Shown one piece after another: positions 28,352-36,845 of a DNA stretch of 64,000 nt; position 1 is the first letter of the stretch; every line of letters begins with the position of its first letter. The DNA comes from Opitutaceae bacterium (GTDB lineage: Bacteria > Verrucomicrobiota > Verrucomicrobiia > Opitutales > Coraliomargaritaceae), in contig JBPOFY010000003.1 in NCBI GenBank assembly GCA_051252375.1, positions 224,001-288,000 on the forward strand, written 5' to 3'. Position numbers and translations under genes: made by a program. The notes below the pieces were generated by a model. It made no database searches, was not told where the DNA came from, and saw nothing but the letters and a program-made list of their open reading frames with translations.

Positions 28352-29746
28352 CTATCTCCAAAGGTCGTAGCCGTATTCCCAACCTGCACGCACCGGTTCT
28401 CTAATGTATTGGTTGAGCTCAGGGCGGTTGGTGATACCTTTCTGCGGATCCCACTCGATACGACCACCGAAGCGCGCGGCAAGCACACCAATTAGCATCG
28501 TCTCAGTGAAAGGTGCGGCGAAGTCGAAGTTGGCACCTGGCGCTGGACCATCGCCTTTGATGGCATCGACCCACTCGCCGAACGGTCCATTTTTAATACG
28601 CGGATATTTTTCTTCAGGGTATCCTGCTTCTTTGAATGTGCGCATAGCGTCCTTATCTGCTAAGCGCGGGTTGTTGGAACGCTCGTCGGTAAAACCAGTT
28701 TGCTTATCACCAATAAAGAGAGTGCCGTGCTTTGGCAGATTGCCCCAGGTCCAATCCTTGTGGGATTTGGGGAGATCCTTTGGCTCGCCGTTTGACCAGC
28801 GGAATGTGCACGGGGCTTTACTGCCACGCTGTTTAAACTCCCAACGGACAGTGTTGCCGTCGGGAACCATCCAATCGTTGCCGCCATGACTACTTTCGAG
28901 TTCAACGACTACCGGCTCATAGAGGTCTAAGATGTAGACAGCAGCGTCAGCAATGTGTGGGAACCAGTCGCCGAATGTGCCGTTGCCGAAAGCATGATAG
29001 CCGCGCCAGGTCTTCGGGTGATAGGTATCGTTGAAAGTCGTATCTGCCGAGTTGGGTCCTAGACATAGATCCCAGTCGAGTTCATTTGGAATCTGGTCGA
29101 CCGGTGGTGGGAAAGATTTTGGTGAGGCGAAATAGCCCCGACGGTTGCCCGGATTGTAGTCTGGGATACTGGGTCCTGGAATCCACGACTGCACTTCGCG
29201 GACTTGCCCGAGGACATCTGCCTCATACCATTCTTTCATTTGGCGTATACCATTAAAAGTATGCCCTTGCACGGCCATGTTAGTAATGACGCCGTATTTA
29301 TCTTTTGCTTTCTTTAGTGTGCGTGCTTGCCAGATGTTATGCGTCAATGGCTTCTGCGTGCAAACGTGCTTACCCATTTGCATGGCGTGCATGGTGGCCG
29401 CAAAGTGCGTATGGTCAGGAGTGTTGATGCAGACTGCATCGATATCCTTTTCCATTTTATCCAGCATTTCACGGAAGTCCGCAAAGTGCTTGGCGCTTTC
29501 GACCACGGGGTGCCTTTTCTTGTGCTGCAAAAACATCCGTGAATCGACGTCGGCTAGTGCGACGATATTTTCGCCCTTACATCCATCGTATGCCATCGAA
29601 GCAATGTTGCCTGCTCCGATCATAGCAATGTTGAGCTTGCTGTTTGCTGAGCCTCCCGATTGTCCGATCGAGAAACGGGGTAAGATGAATGCACCCGCAG
29701 AGGCTACGGTTGTTGTTTTGATGAAATTTCTACGTGTGGTCTTCAT
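28352..29746 (-). CDS. Tat-exported Gfo/Idh/MocA oxidoreductase
   Basis: TRRNFIK twin-arginine motif; [35 protein letters not shown]. Confidence 0.9.
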   Translation of the reverse strand: MKTTRRNFIKTTTVASAGAFILPRFSIGQSGGSANSKLNIAMIGAGNIASMAYDGCKGENIVALADVDSRMFLQHKKRHPVVESAKHFADFREMLDKMEKDIDAVCINTPDHTHFAATMHAMQMGKHVCTQKPLTHNIWQARTLKKAKDKYGVITNMAVQGHTFNGIRQMKEWYEADVLGQVREVQSWIPGPSIPDYNPGNRRGYFASPKSFPPPVDQIPNELDWDLCLGPNSADTTFNDTYHPKTWRGYHAFGNGTFGDWFPHIADAAVYILDLYEPVVVELESSHGGNDWMVPDGNTVRWEFKQRGSKAPCTFRWSNGEPKDLPKSHKDWTWGNLPKHGTLFIGDKQTGFTDERSNNPRLADKDAMRTFKEAGYPEEKYPRIKNGPFGEWVDAIKGDGPAPGANFDFAAPFTETMLIGVLAARFGGRIEWDPQKGITNRPELNQYIREPVRAGWEYGYDLWR

Positions 29747-29788
29747 GTTGTCTTTTTTCTTGTCGATGACTCTTTAGCTGGAAACAGC

Positions 29789-31141
29789 TTAAGCGCGGAG
29801 ATCTGTTACTTTGAACCCTTCGCGTGCTTCGGTTTGTAGCAGCGCATTGGCTTCGTCGTTGTTCTGGATCGTCATTGTCTTGGTGTCGTAGTCGATGGCT
29901 TTGCCGGTGCGGATGGCTAGTGTGCCAAGTGCGATCATCTCGGTGAGTGGGCCTGCGTAATCGAAGCTTGATCCGGGCTTAGGCCCTTCGCCTTTGATTG
30001 CACGTAGCCATTCGTCCATCTGCGAGCCTTTGATGCGGGGATACACTTTCTCGGGGCGCATGGATGGCGTTGTTCTGAATTCTTGCCAGAGTGATTCTGG
30101 GAAGAGTCGTGGACTATCCGGACGCATACCTGAGTGATAAATGATACCCTTGGTGCCGATGAGCATTAAACCGCCTTCACCAGTATATTCTGTGTCGCCA
30201 AGCATCTCCGGTTTTGGCGGTAGTTTAGGGCCTTCATACCAAGTCATTTTCACGTCTTTCTTCGCGGCCTTGGAGTAGCATGTATAGGTGACGACAGAGG
30301 CTTCAGGTGTGTAGAGCGGGTTCACATGATCGACCTTCACATCAACACGCTTTGGGATGTCGAGGTCTAGGGCCCAGAAAGGGGAGTCGAGCGTGTGGCA
30401 ACCGATGTCGCCTAGGGCGCCCATGCCGAATTTCCACCAACCACGCCAGAATACCGGGTGAAATGCCTTTGGTGCATATTCGGGTGCATCCTCCACGGGA
30501 CCGACCCATAGATCCCAATTTACATGGTCTGGCACCGGTGCTGGTTCTGGATATTCTTTAAGTTCACCATTAAATCCGTAGCCTGCTTTCGGACGATTTG
30601 TCCATGCGACGACTTCTTGGATCTCGCCGATGAGACCTGCCTCATACCATTCGCGAATGTAGCGCATACCTTCGAACGCGTGACCTTGGTTGCCCATTTG
30701 GGTGATGACACCGGACTCATCCGCGAGCGACATCATTTGACGAATTTCACTAATGCTATGTGCAAGCGGTTTCTGCACGTGCACGTGCTTACCCAAACTC
30801 ATGGCCATCATGGTTGCGTGAAAGTGCGTATGGTCAGGAGTGGAGATGACGACGCCGTCGATCTCGTCCTTCAATTCATTCAGCATCACACGATAGTCTG
30901 CATATGTCTTCGCGTCGGGATATTGTTTTTGTGCGCTCTCCAGCACCTTTGAGTCGATGTCGCAGAGCGCGACGATCTTGGCACCATGGATGCCCTTGAT
31001 GTCGGCTCTACCTCGACCGCCAACGCCGATACAGGCCAGGCGAGGTTCGGCTATGGGAGCAGTGCCGGCTCTAGCTAATAGAGTGAATCCGGCATATGCA
31101 CCGATGCTAGAAGCGATGAATTTTCTGCGATTAATTTTCAT
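29789..31141 (-). CDS. Tat-exported Gfo/Idh/MocA oxidoreductase
   Basis: NRRKFIA; IGVGGRG; STPDHTH; HVQKPL; WRGWWKFGMGALGDIGCH. Confidence 0.9.
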   Translation of the reverse strand: MKINRRKFIASSIGAYAGFTLLARAGTAPIAEPRLACIGVGGRGRADIKGIHGAKIVALCDIDSKVLESAQKQYPDAKTYADYRVMLNELKDEIDGVVISTPDHTHFHATMMAMSLGKHVHVQKPLAHSISEIRQMMSLADESGVITQMGNQGHAFEGMRYIREWYEAGLIGEIQEVVAWTNRPKAGYGFNGELKEYPEPAPVPDHVNWDLWVGPVEDAPEYAPKAFHPVFWRGWWKFGMGALGDIGCHTLDSPFWALDLDIPKRVDVKVDHVNPLYTPEASVVTYTCYSKAAKKDVKMTWYEGPKLPPKPEMLGDTEYTGEGGLMLIGTKGIIYHSGMRPDSPRLFPESLWQEFRTTPSMRPEKVYPRIKGSQMDEWLRAIKGEGPKPGSSFDYAGPLTEMIALGTLAIRTGKAIDYDTKTMTIQNNDEANALLQTEAREGFKVTDLRA

Positions 31142-31243
31142 AATTTAGGGGAGGGGATTTTTGGTTATGTGTTTTCGCTAAAACGGGTGAGTTAATTATA
31201 TCTGAAGCTTATGGATTTAGAATCCAGTGTATACAGGATGATC

Positions 31244-33205
31244 TTAGTCGGCTGTATTCTCAGTGGTGAGTGGCACGACCATGTTCCAGGACTTCGTGGA
31301 GTTTCCAAAGCCGCCGGGACCGTCCATCGTGGCAAAGAAAAGATGAGTGATTTTGCCGTTCTCAATTAAACCGAATGGGCGTTCGAGTTGCCCCATTTGA
31401 ATGGTCTGTCCGTCGTCCCAAGCCAGCGTCCGAGAATAGGCGAGTGGCTCTTTATCCAATGTCCAGTTTAGGGCATCTTTGGAGTGTGCAATTATCCCAG
31501 AATGGTGTTGGCCGGCGAGTGTATCGTTCATGTCTTTGGCGATCATGTGATAGCCAGTCTCGTCGCGCCATAGATAGGGGTCTTCGACTTCACCCATTTT
31601 GTCGGCTCCGAAAATCGGCTCGTCTCCAACTACTGTGTATGGACCTTCGAAGTGCTCCGCAGTGGCGAGACCGATTTTCATCGAGCTGTGGTATGGGAAA
31701 GACTCGTTATATTTCCGCGACTTAAAAATCAGTTTCACGCTGCCGTCCTCGTTGATCCATGGGGCAGGGTTGGATGTGAGGAATTCGTAGAAAGTATCTG
31801 GTTGCGTGGGTAGAATGCACGCGTCGCGACGTTCCCACGGACCATTCAGGTCTTTGGAAGTGGCGATGCCGATACGCTTGTTGGAGCGTCCGACGACCGT
31901 GTAGTGCGAGTCGAGTGTGAGCACGGCAGGATCGGTGATCTCCTCGAAGGGGTGGGTCGAGCCCATGTAATACATGACGTAGGTGTCTTTGTATTTTACG
32001 ACGCGCGGATTATGGACCGAGCGTCCGTCCCAGTATTTGGCACCACGAGCGCCCAGAGCGACATCGACAAATTCGTAAGGGCCTTCCGGGGTGTCGGACA
32101 CGCAGTGCGCGATCTCGGAGGCAACCATCCAGCCTGGGTGGAAAGGTAGTTCCTTTGGCCAGCGGCTGACGAACATGTGGTATTTGCCGTCGTCGGCTTT
32201 AGCAACAGAGCTGCCCCATACCCAGTAGTCTTCTTGTTCAATACCGCCACCGACTGGAGCGGGAGCGATGTTTTTATACAAAGTGTTTTCCCACTTACTT
32301 GATGCCTCTTGTTTCGGTTCAAGCTGGTAGATCTTTAGGTTTCTATATTGGTGATGCGTGCGCACTAAGCGGAGCCCGAAATAGCCTTCATCGTATGCCG
32401 GATAGTCTTCACGCGAGTAGGTGCGTTCAGTGGTGACTGTCTCGCCATCAACACGGGACTCGGAGACGATGGTGTCGCCATACTTGATCTCGTAGAAGAC
32501 TTTACCATCCATGATGTATTGAACCATGCCGTCGTCGGCTACGAGCTGGACGGTGTGCCACTTGCCCGGGGTGAGCAAGTAGTCGGTCTTGCCGTCCTTA
32601 TCGTTAAGCGAGATATGGGCAATGTCTTTGCCATTTTCCCAGCGTGGATAGCGACGGAAGCGGGTGGTTTGATTGCCGACATGACCACCACCGCCGGTGC
32701 TGGCATAGTAACCTTGCATCTCGTGATAGCTGACAAAACCGCCGTGGTATTGGTCTTCAGTTGTGGTGAGGAGTGCGTCGAATTCTTTCGGGTCGGAGCA
32801 GTGCCAGAAGTTGTTCACATCGCGTGCTTGGATGCTGTCACCATTGATCGTTTCGAGCGGGCATTTGACCTGATAGACAATCGTGATCGGTCCGGAGAGT
32901 TTTTTGTTCAACCAAGCGGTGCAACCTGTCGCGGGCATATAGGCATCCAGCATGCCGCCATCCATCTTGACCTTGCCTTTTTGTGGGGCACCCGGGTCTT
33001 CCTGTATTTGGATGACCCAGTTATCCTTGTCGCTGAAGTCGGTTTCGTAGATCAGCTCGCCGATAGTGAAACTGTCGGCTCCGTAGCCGATCGCGACAGG
33101 TTGGGGTGCCTTCGCTGTGTTGATACTAGTATTTGCACAGGCGCTTATGGTGAAAGCGAGTATGAGTGCACATGCGGATGTGGTGTATTTGTGTAATGAG
33201 TTCAT
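31244..33205 (-). CDS. Lipoprotein: DUF6250/YesU-like N-domain fused to a GH43-like five-bladed beta-propeller
   Basis: Lipobox-like TISAC; N-domain D.NNFW...N.TTRFRRY...GYFGLR; C-domain WVWGSS..GKYHMFVSRWP...SDTPEGPY...HNP...EDPYLW...ERP. Confidence 0.7.
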   Translation of the reverse strand: MNSLHKYTTSACALILAFTISACANTSINTAKAPQPVAIGYGADSFTIGELIYETDFSDKDNWVIQIQEDPGAPQKGKVKMDGGMLDAYMPATGCTAWLNKKLSGPITIVYQVKCPLETINGDSIQARDVNNFWHCSDPKEFDALLTTTEDQYHGGFVSYHEMQGYYASTGGGGHVGNQTTRFRRYPRWENGKDIAHISLNDKDGKTDYLLTPGKWHTVQLVADDGMVQYIMDGKVFYEIKYGDTIVSESRVDGETVTTERTYSREDYPAYDEGYFGLRLVRTHHQYRNLKIYQLEPKQEASSKWENTLYKNIAPAPVGGGIEQEDYWVWGSSVAKADDGKYHMFVSRWPKELPFHPGWMVASEIAHCVSDTPEGPYEFVDVALGARGAKYWDGRSVHNPRVVKYKDTYVMYYMGSTHPFEEITDPAVLTLDSHYTVVGRSNKRIGIATSKDLNGPWERRDACILPTQPDTFYEFLTSNPAPWINEDGSVKLIFKSRKYNESFPYHSSMKIGLATAEHFEGPYTVVGDEPIFGADKMGEVEDPYLWRDETGYHMIAKDMNDTLAGQHHSGIIAHSKDALNWTLDKEPLAYSRTLAWDDGQTIQMGQLERPFGLIENGKITHLFFATMDGPGGFGNSTKSWNMVVPLTTENTAD

Positions 33206-33224
33206 CGCTGGAGAGAGAGGGGGG

Positions 33225-33371
33225 TTATTTAACTGTTAGCTCTTGAAAAGCAGTGTTTTCGCCTCGTGTGTTGATGGCGACTGTTTTCCAAATGATCCAC
33301 TTGAAGTTGCCAAAGTTTTGTCCATTGGCGGCATTCAGGGAGACGCTGATGAAGTCTTTGCTTTTGATACT
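33225..33371 (-). pseudogene. Start-less 3' remnant of a deleted gene inside the operon
   Basis: 48 sense codons SIKSKDFISVSLNAANGQNFGNFKWIIWKTVAINTRGENTAFQELTVK*, ending 19 bp before the next start. Confidence 0.45.
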
Positions 33372-33421
33372 TCAAGTGCCTCAGGGCCGATCGGGGTGAA
33401 TCGCTGCATGTCGATGTAGCG

Positions 33422-35167
33422 CTAGAGTGCTTCCACCTCGGTAAAGTAGGCGCCGCCAGCTTCTCCCTTTTCGTCGTAGAGGTATGTCAAGAGTTCGGCT
33501 TCACCTACGGGTAGCTCTAGCTCAATCACGATACCTTTACTGTTTGGCTTCACTTCGACTTCTTTTTCGAGACCGGCAATTTGCACCTTAGCCCGCACGG
33601 CGACGACAGGTTTGTCTGCTAGCTTCGGGTATTGGCGCAGCGTGAAACGATAGCGACCAGCCTGTTTGACATTGAGCATCCATGGCGCGGTGACGCGTGG
33701 GAGGTTGCCAATCAAACGGAAATTCCAAGGCGGGTTGCCCTCGGGCATATACCAGTCTTGTGAGCAAAGCTCGACAGGGTTCTCGCTTGGGTTGCCAATG
33801 TCGAGGCGCACGGCACGCATACCTTTAACTGCAGATTTCCAATACGGCTCGTAGTGGGACCAGAGTTGCTCAACCACTTCTGGATACTCGGCAGCGACAT
33901 CTTTGCGTTGCGAGGGGTCAGCTTGAATATCGAAAAGTTCGCGACCGTGAATGAGGCGCCAGCGTTCGGTCATGATGTAGGAGAACTCTGCCTTCAGGCG
34001 ATCTTCCGGAAAGGCAGGGCCGCCATGAAATTGTAAGACGACCGGTTCGCGTTCCCAAGGGGTGTCGGCGCACTTTAGCAGTGGTGCGAGCGAGCGACCA
34101 TCCATTTCACGGTCGGTCGGCATGGGGATGTTGCAGAGTTCGGCAAGTGTCGGAAAGAGGTCGACATGCACGGAAAGTTTATCGATGTCGTAGCCACCTT
34201 CGATTCCAGCCGCAGGCCAGCGAATGAAAAAAGGCACGCGGTGACCGCCTTCGTAAACGGAAGCTTTGCGACCACGCATATCAGCGTTGAATCCCCAGGT
34301 TGCTTCTGAGTCGTTGTTGTCGAACTTCGAACCTAGATAGGTGCCGTTATCTGTCATGAAGATCAGGATCGTGTTGTCCTCCAGATCCAGCTCCTTGAGC
34401 TTTTCGCGGAGCAAACCGAAGTTGTGATCGATGTTGGCGATCATCCCGAAGTAATCGGCGCGAACCGGCTCGTCGACTAGGTCCTCGTAGGGCTTCGACC
34501 ATTCCTCGCCGACGATGATCGGTGTGTGCGGAGCATTCAGAGGCAGGTATAGGAAGAATGGCTTGTCCTTGTTTTCTTCCATGAAGCGCATGCCTTCGCG
34601 AAACCAGATGTCGGTGCAGTAACCTTCGAAGCGCTCGAGCTTGCCGTTACGTTCATAGACATCGTCGAAGTAGTCGTTGCCCCAATAGTCGGAGACTTGG
34701 CCGATACCACCACAGCGGTGCCACACGACATCTTGAAAGCCGAAGTCCTGCGGGCGATTGGGGGCGTTGTCACCGAGGTGCCATTTGCCATACATCGCGG
34801 TTGCATAGCCATTGTCGGCAAAGAAATTTGCTAGTGTGCGTTCTTCGGCGTGCAGCATCGTGCGCCCAGCGCTGGTGCGGTAGGCGCCGTTTTTGCCGGG
34901 GTCGCGACCAGTCAGTAAAGCCCCGCGAGTCGGTGTGCAGAGCGGGCTGACATGGTAGTCGGTAAATCGAACGGACTCCGCATGCATGCGGTCGAGGTTC
35001 GGTGTCTTAACGATCGGATTGCCGTGGCAACTCAGGTCACCGTAGCCTTGGTCGTCGGTTAGGACGAAGATGACATTGGGGCGCTTTGTTTCTGCATGTA
35101 TCAATGGTCCCAGCAGAGTGAGCAGGCTTAAGAAAGCGATGGCGGGGAGGAGACGGGGAGACTTCAT
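33422..35167 (-). CDS. Sulfatase (S1, arylsulfatase-like) with a C-terminal extension
   Basis: PNVIFVLTDDQGYGD; CTPTRGALLTGR; YGKWHLG; MTDNG; EGGHRVPF. Confidence 0.95.
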   Translation of the reverse strand: MKSPRLLPAIAFLSLLTLLGPLIHAETKRPNVIFVLTDDQGYGDLSCHGNPIVKTPNLDRMHAESVRFTDYHVSPLCTPTRGALLTGRDPGKNGAYRTSAGRTMLHAEERTLANFFADNGYATAMYGKWHLGDNAPNRPQDFGFQDVVWHRCGGIGQVSDYWGNDYFDDVYERNGKLERFEGYCTDIWFREGMRFMEENKDKPFFLYLPLNAPHTPIIVGEEWSKPYEDLVDEPVRADYFGMIANIDHNFGLLREKLKELDLEDNTILIFMTDNGTYLGSKFDNNDSEATWGFNADMRGRKASVYEGGHRVPFFIRWPAAGIEGGYDIDKLSVHVDLFPTLAELCNIPMPTDREMDGRSLAPLLKCADTPWEREPVVLQFHGGPAFPEDRLKAEFSYIMTERWRLIHGRELFDIQADPSQRKDVAAEYPEVVEQLWSHYEPYWKSAVKGMRAVRLDIGNPSENPVELCSQDWYMPEGNPPWNFRLIGNLPRVTAPWMLNVKQAGRYRFTLRQYPKLADKPVVAVRAKVQIAGLEKEVEVKPNSKGIVIELELPVGEAELLTYLYDEKGEAGGAYFTEVEAL

Positions 35168-35319
35168 TTTAAGTAGATGGTCCTTAGGACACTCGGGGAG
35201 AGTAAAAGTTTGAATTTGGCGCTATTCAGGGGAGGGGATGTCACATTACACTTACGGCGATTATAGATATTTCAACACTAGCTAGCGTGACATAGGCAAT
35301 AATGATTCGTAAATGGGGG

Positions 35320-35334
35320 AGTTTCCATGTTAAC
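35320..35334 (-). promoter_or_regulatory. Operator-like motif A (GTTAACATGGAAACT on the minus strand)
   Basis: One mismatch to the copy at 19998; upstream of the minus-strand sulfatase operon in the same relative orientation. Confidence 0.5.
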
Positions 35335-35474
35335 CCTCGTTTATGTGGTTCATTTCGAGGGATACTGCGTCATCTTTGAATCTCAAGCAAATGAGCGTAT
35401 GACTGCTTTAAGATAGAGGTGGTCAGCCGACGAATTCCTCGAAATATGTTTATGGTTCGTAAAATTCGCTAGAG

Positions 35475-35486
35475 TCAAACGTTTGA
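35475..35486. promoter_or_regulatory. LacI-type operator motif B (TCAAACGTTTGA)
   Basis: Perfect palindrome with a central CG; recurs at 36751, 41069 and 54234. Confidence 0.6.
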
Positions 35487-35597
35487 ACTGGTAGTGCCTT
35501 TATAAAGGCTTCTAAGTGAATAGATATTAGATAAATACAGGCCACTACTTACACTACCGCTGTTACTTAGAGACCGATATTTCCTTCTTCTGACCCA

Positions 35598-36635
35598 ATG
35601 AACTACCCGATACCAAAGATTGTAATTTTTACCGCTGGAATGATTGCTGCGAGCATCAGCGCGCAGACAACAAATTTCGCTTGGGATGGTGGCGGTTCGA
35701 ATACGAAATTTGAGAACCCGCTTAACTGGAGTAGCGGCACGCTTCCCGTGTCAACTGGTAAGGGGTCTATGCAAATTTTGCTTGAGAATGGTGGCACCAT
35801 GACTTTCGACATTGCTTCGGGTAAATGGACCATCGATCGGATGGACATCAGCAACGGTTCAGTGTTTAACATGATGGGTGGCACTTTTGACCTTGGTCAA
35901 TCTGGTGCAGTGGTCCGCATGAATGTTGGGCTAGCTGGTCGTGGTTCCACTCTGAATCAATCAGGTGGCAATTTGTTGGTTGGGCATATGTTGCGAGTGG
36001 GGAACAAGCAGGCGTCGGGCACTTACAATCTAAGTGGCGGCACGTTGAATATCTATCGTGCAGGACGTAGTCTCATAAATGCACCAGCAGGACCTTCTCT
36101 TTCACTGGGTCCCGGCAATGCGGAGGCGGCAATGAATATTTCCGGTGGGTCGATGACTTCTCGTTTCGGTGTAGAAATTGATTTGAAAGCCATATTCCAG
36201 GTGCTTGGAACCGGTGCATCGAAGATCGGTATTGGTATGAGCAAACGCCAGGGATTTGGTTCTTGGTATCAGAAGGGCACGCTCAGCGTGGGGATTGGCT
36301 CGAAGGGCGTCACCAAAATTGAAATAGTTGGAAACGCATCTAAAGATCAGTTTGTCACTTTACTATCCGGTTCTGTGTTAGATCTGAGTTTCTATGGGAC
36401 AAATCCTTATTCGGGGACATGGACGATACTCGAAGTGCAAGATGCTAATATTGTCGACGAGGGACTACTGCTTTCTGCTGCGACTCGAGCGGATCCAAAT
36501 TGGTCGTTCGAGATCGATAACACTGGTCGGGTGGGTCGCCTAAATGCCAAATATGTCGATATTCCCGAGCCAAAGTCTTTCGCGTTGGTTCTCGGTGGCA
36601 TCTGCTTATTTGCTGTGCTGCGTCGTAGAGCTTAG
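35598..36635 (+). CDS. PEP-CTERM sorting domain protein (Gly-rich beta-solenoid-like)
   Basis: Signal peptide; WDGGG...W; repeated G.YN.SGG.L; C-terminus IPEPKSFALVLGGICLFAVLRRRA. Confidence 0.9.
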   Translation: MNYPIPKIVIFTAGMIAASISAQTTNFAWDGGGSNTKFENPLNWSSGTLPVSTGKGSMQILLENGGTMTFDIASGKWTIDRMDISNGSVFNMMGGTFDLGQSGAVVRMNVGLAGRGSTLNQSGGNLLVGHMLRVGNKQASGTYNLSGGTLNIYRAGRSLINAPAGPSLSLGPGNAEAAMNISGGSMTSRFGVEIDLKAIFQVLGTGASKIGIGMSKRQGFGSWYQKGTLSVGIGSKGVTKIEIVGNASKDQFVTLLSGSVLDLSFYGTNPYSGTWTILEVQDANIVDEGLLLSAATRADPNWSFEIDNTGRVGRLNAKYVDIPEPKSFALVLGGICLFAVLRRRA

Positions 36636-36744
36636 TGGCTCACTTACCCCGGCAAGATTGAGTGTAGATTCTGCCTAGATCGCATTCATAATTTATTTTG
36701 TTCGTAGATTATAAATGTCCTCAGAGCTGACTAGCGAGGTGGAC

Positions 36745-36768
36745 ATTCTTTCAAACGCTTGAAAGAAT
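36745..36768. promoter_or_regulatory. Motif B (TCAAACGCTTGA) within an extended palindrome
   Basis: ATTCTTTCAA-ACGC-TTGAAAGAAT, ~80 bp upstream of the lyase gene. Confidence 0.6.
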
Positions 36769-36845
36769 TTTGCCGCATAACATTTTGTTTAGAGCAAAAT
36801 AAGTTTTAGGGTTATCCGTTTTTCTATTCACTACGTATTCATTTT

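Noticed and set aside
32519..33196. Long alternative ORFs such as 32519..33196, 61037..61594, 10276..10800 and 23104..23646
   Set aside because: They overlap well-supported genes on the opposite strand and show no recognisable motifs.
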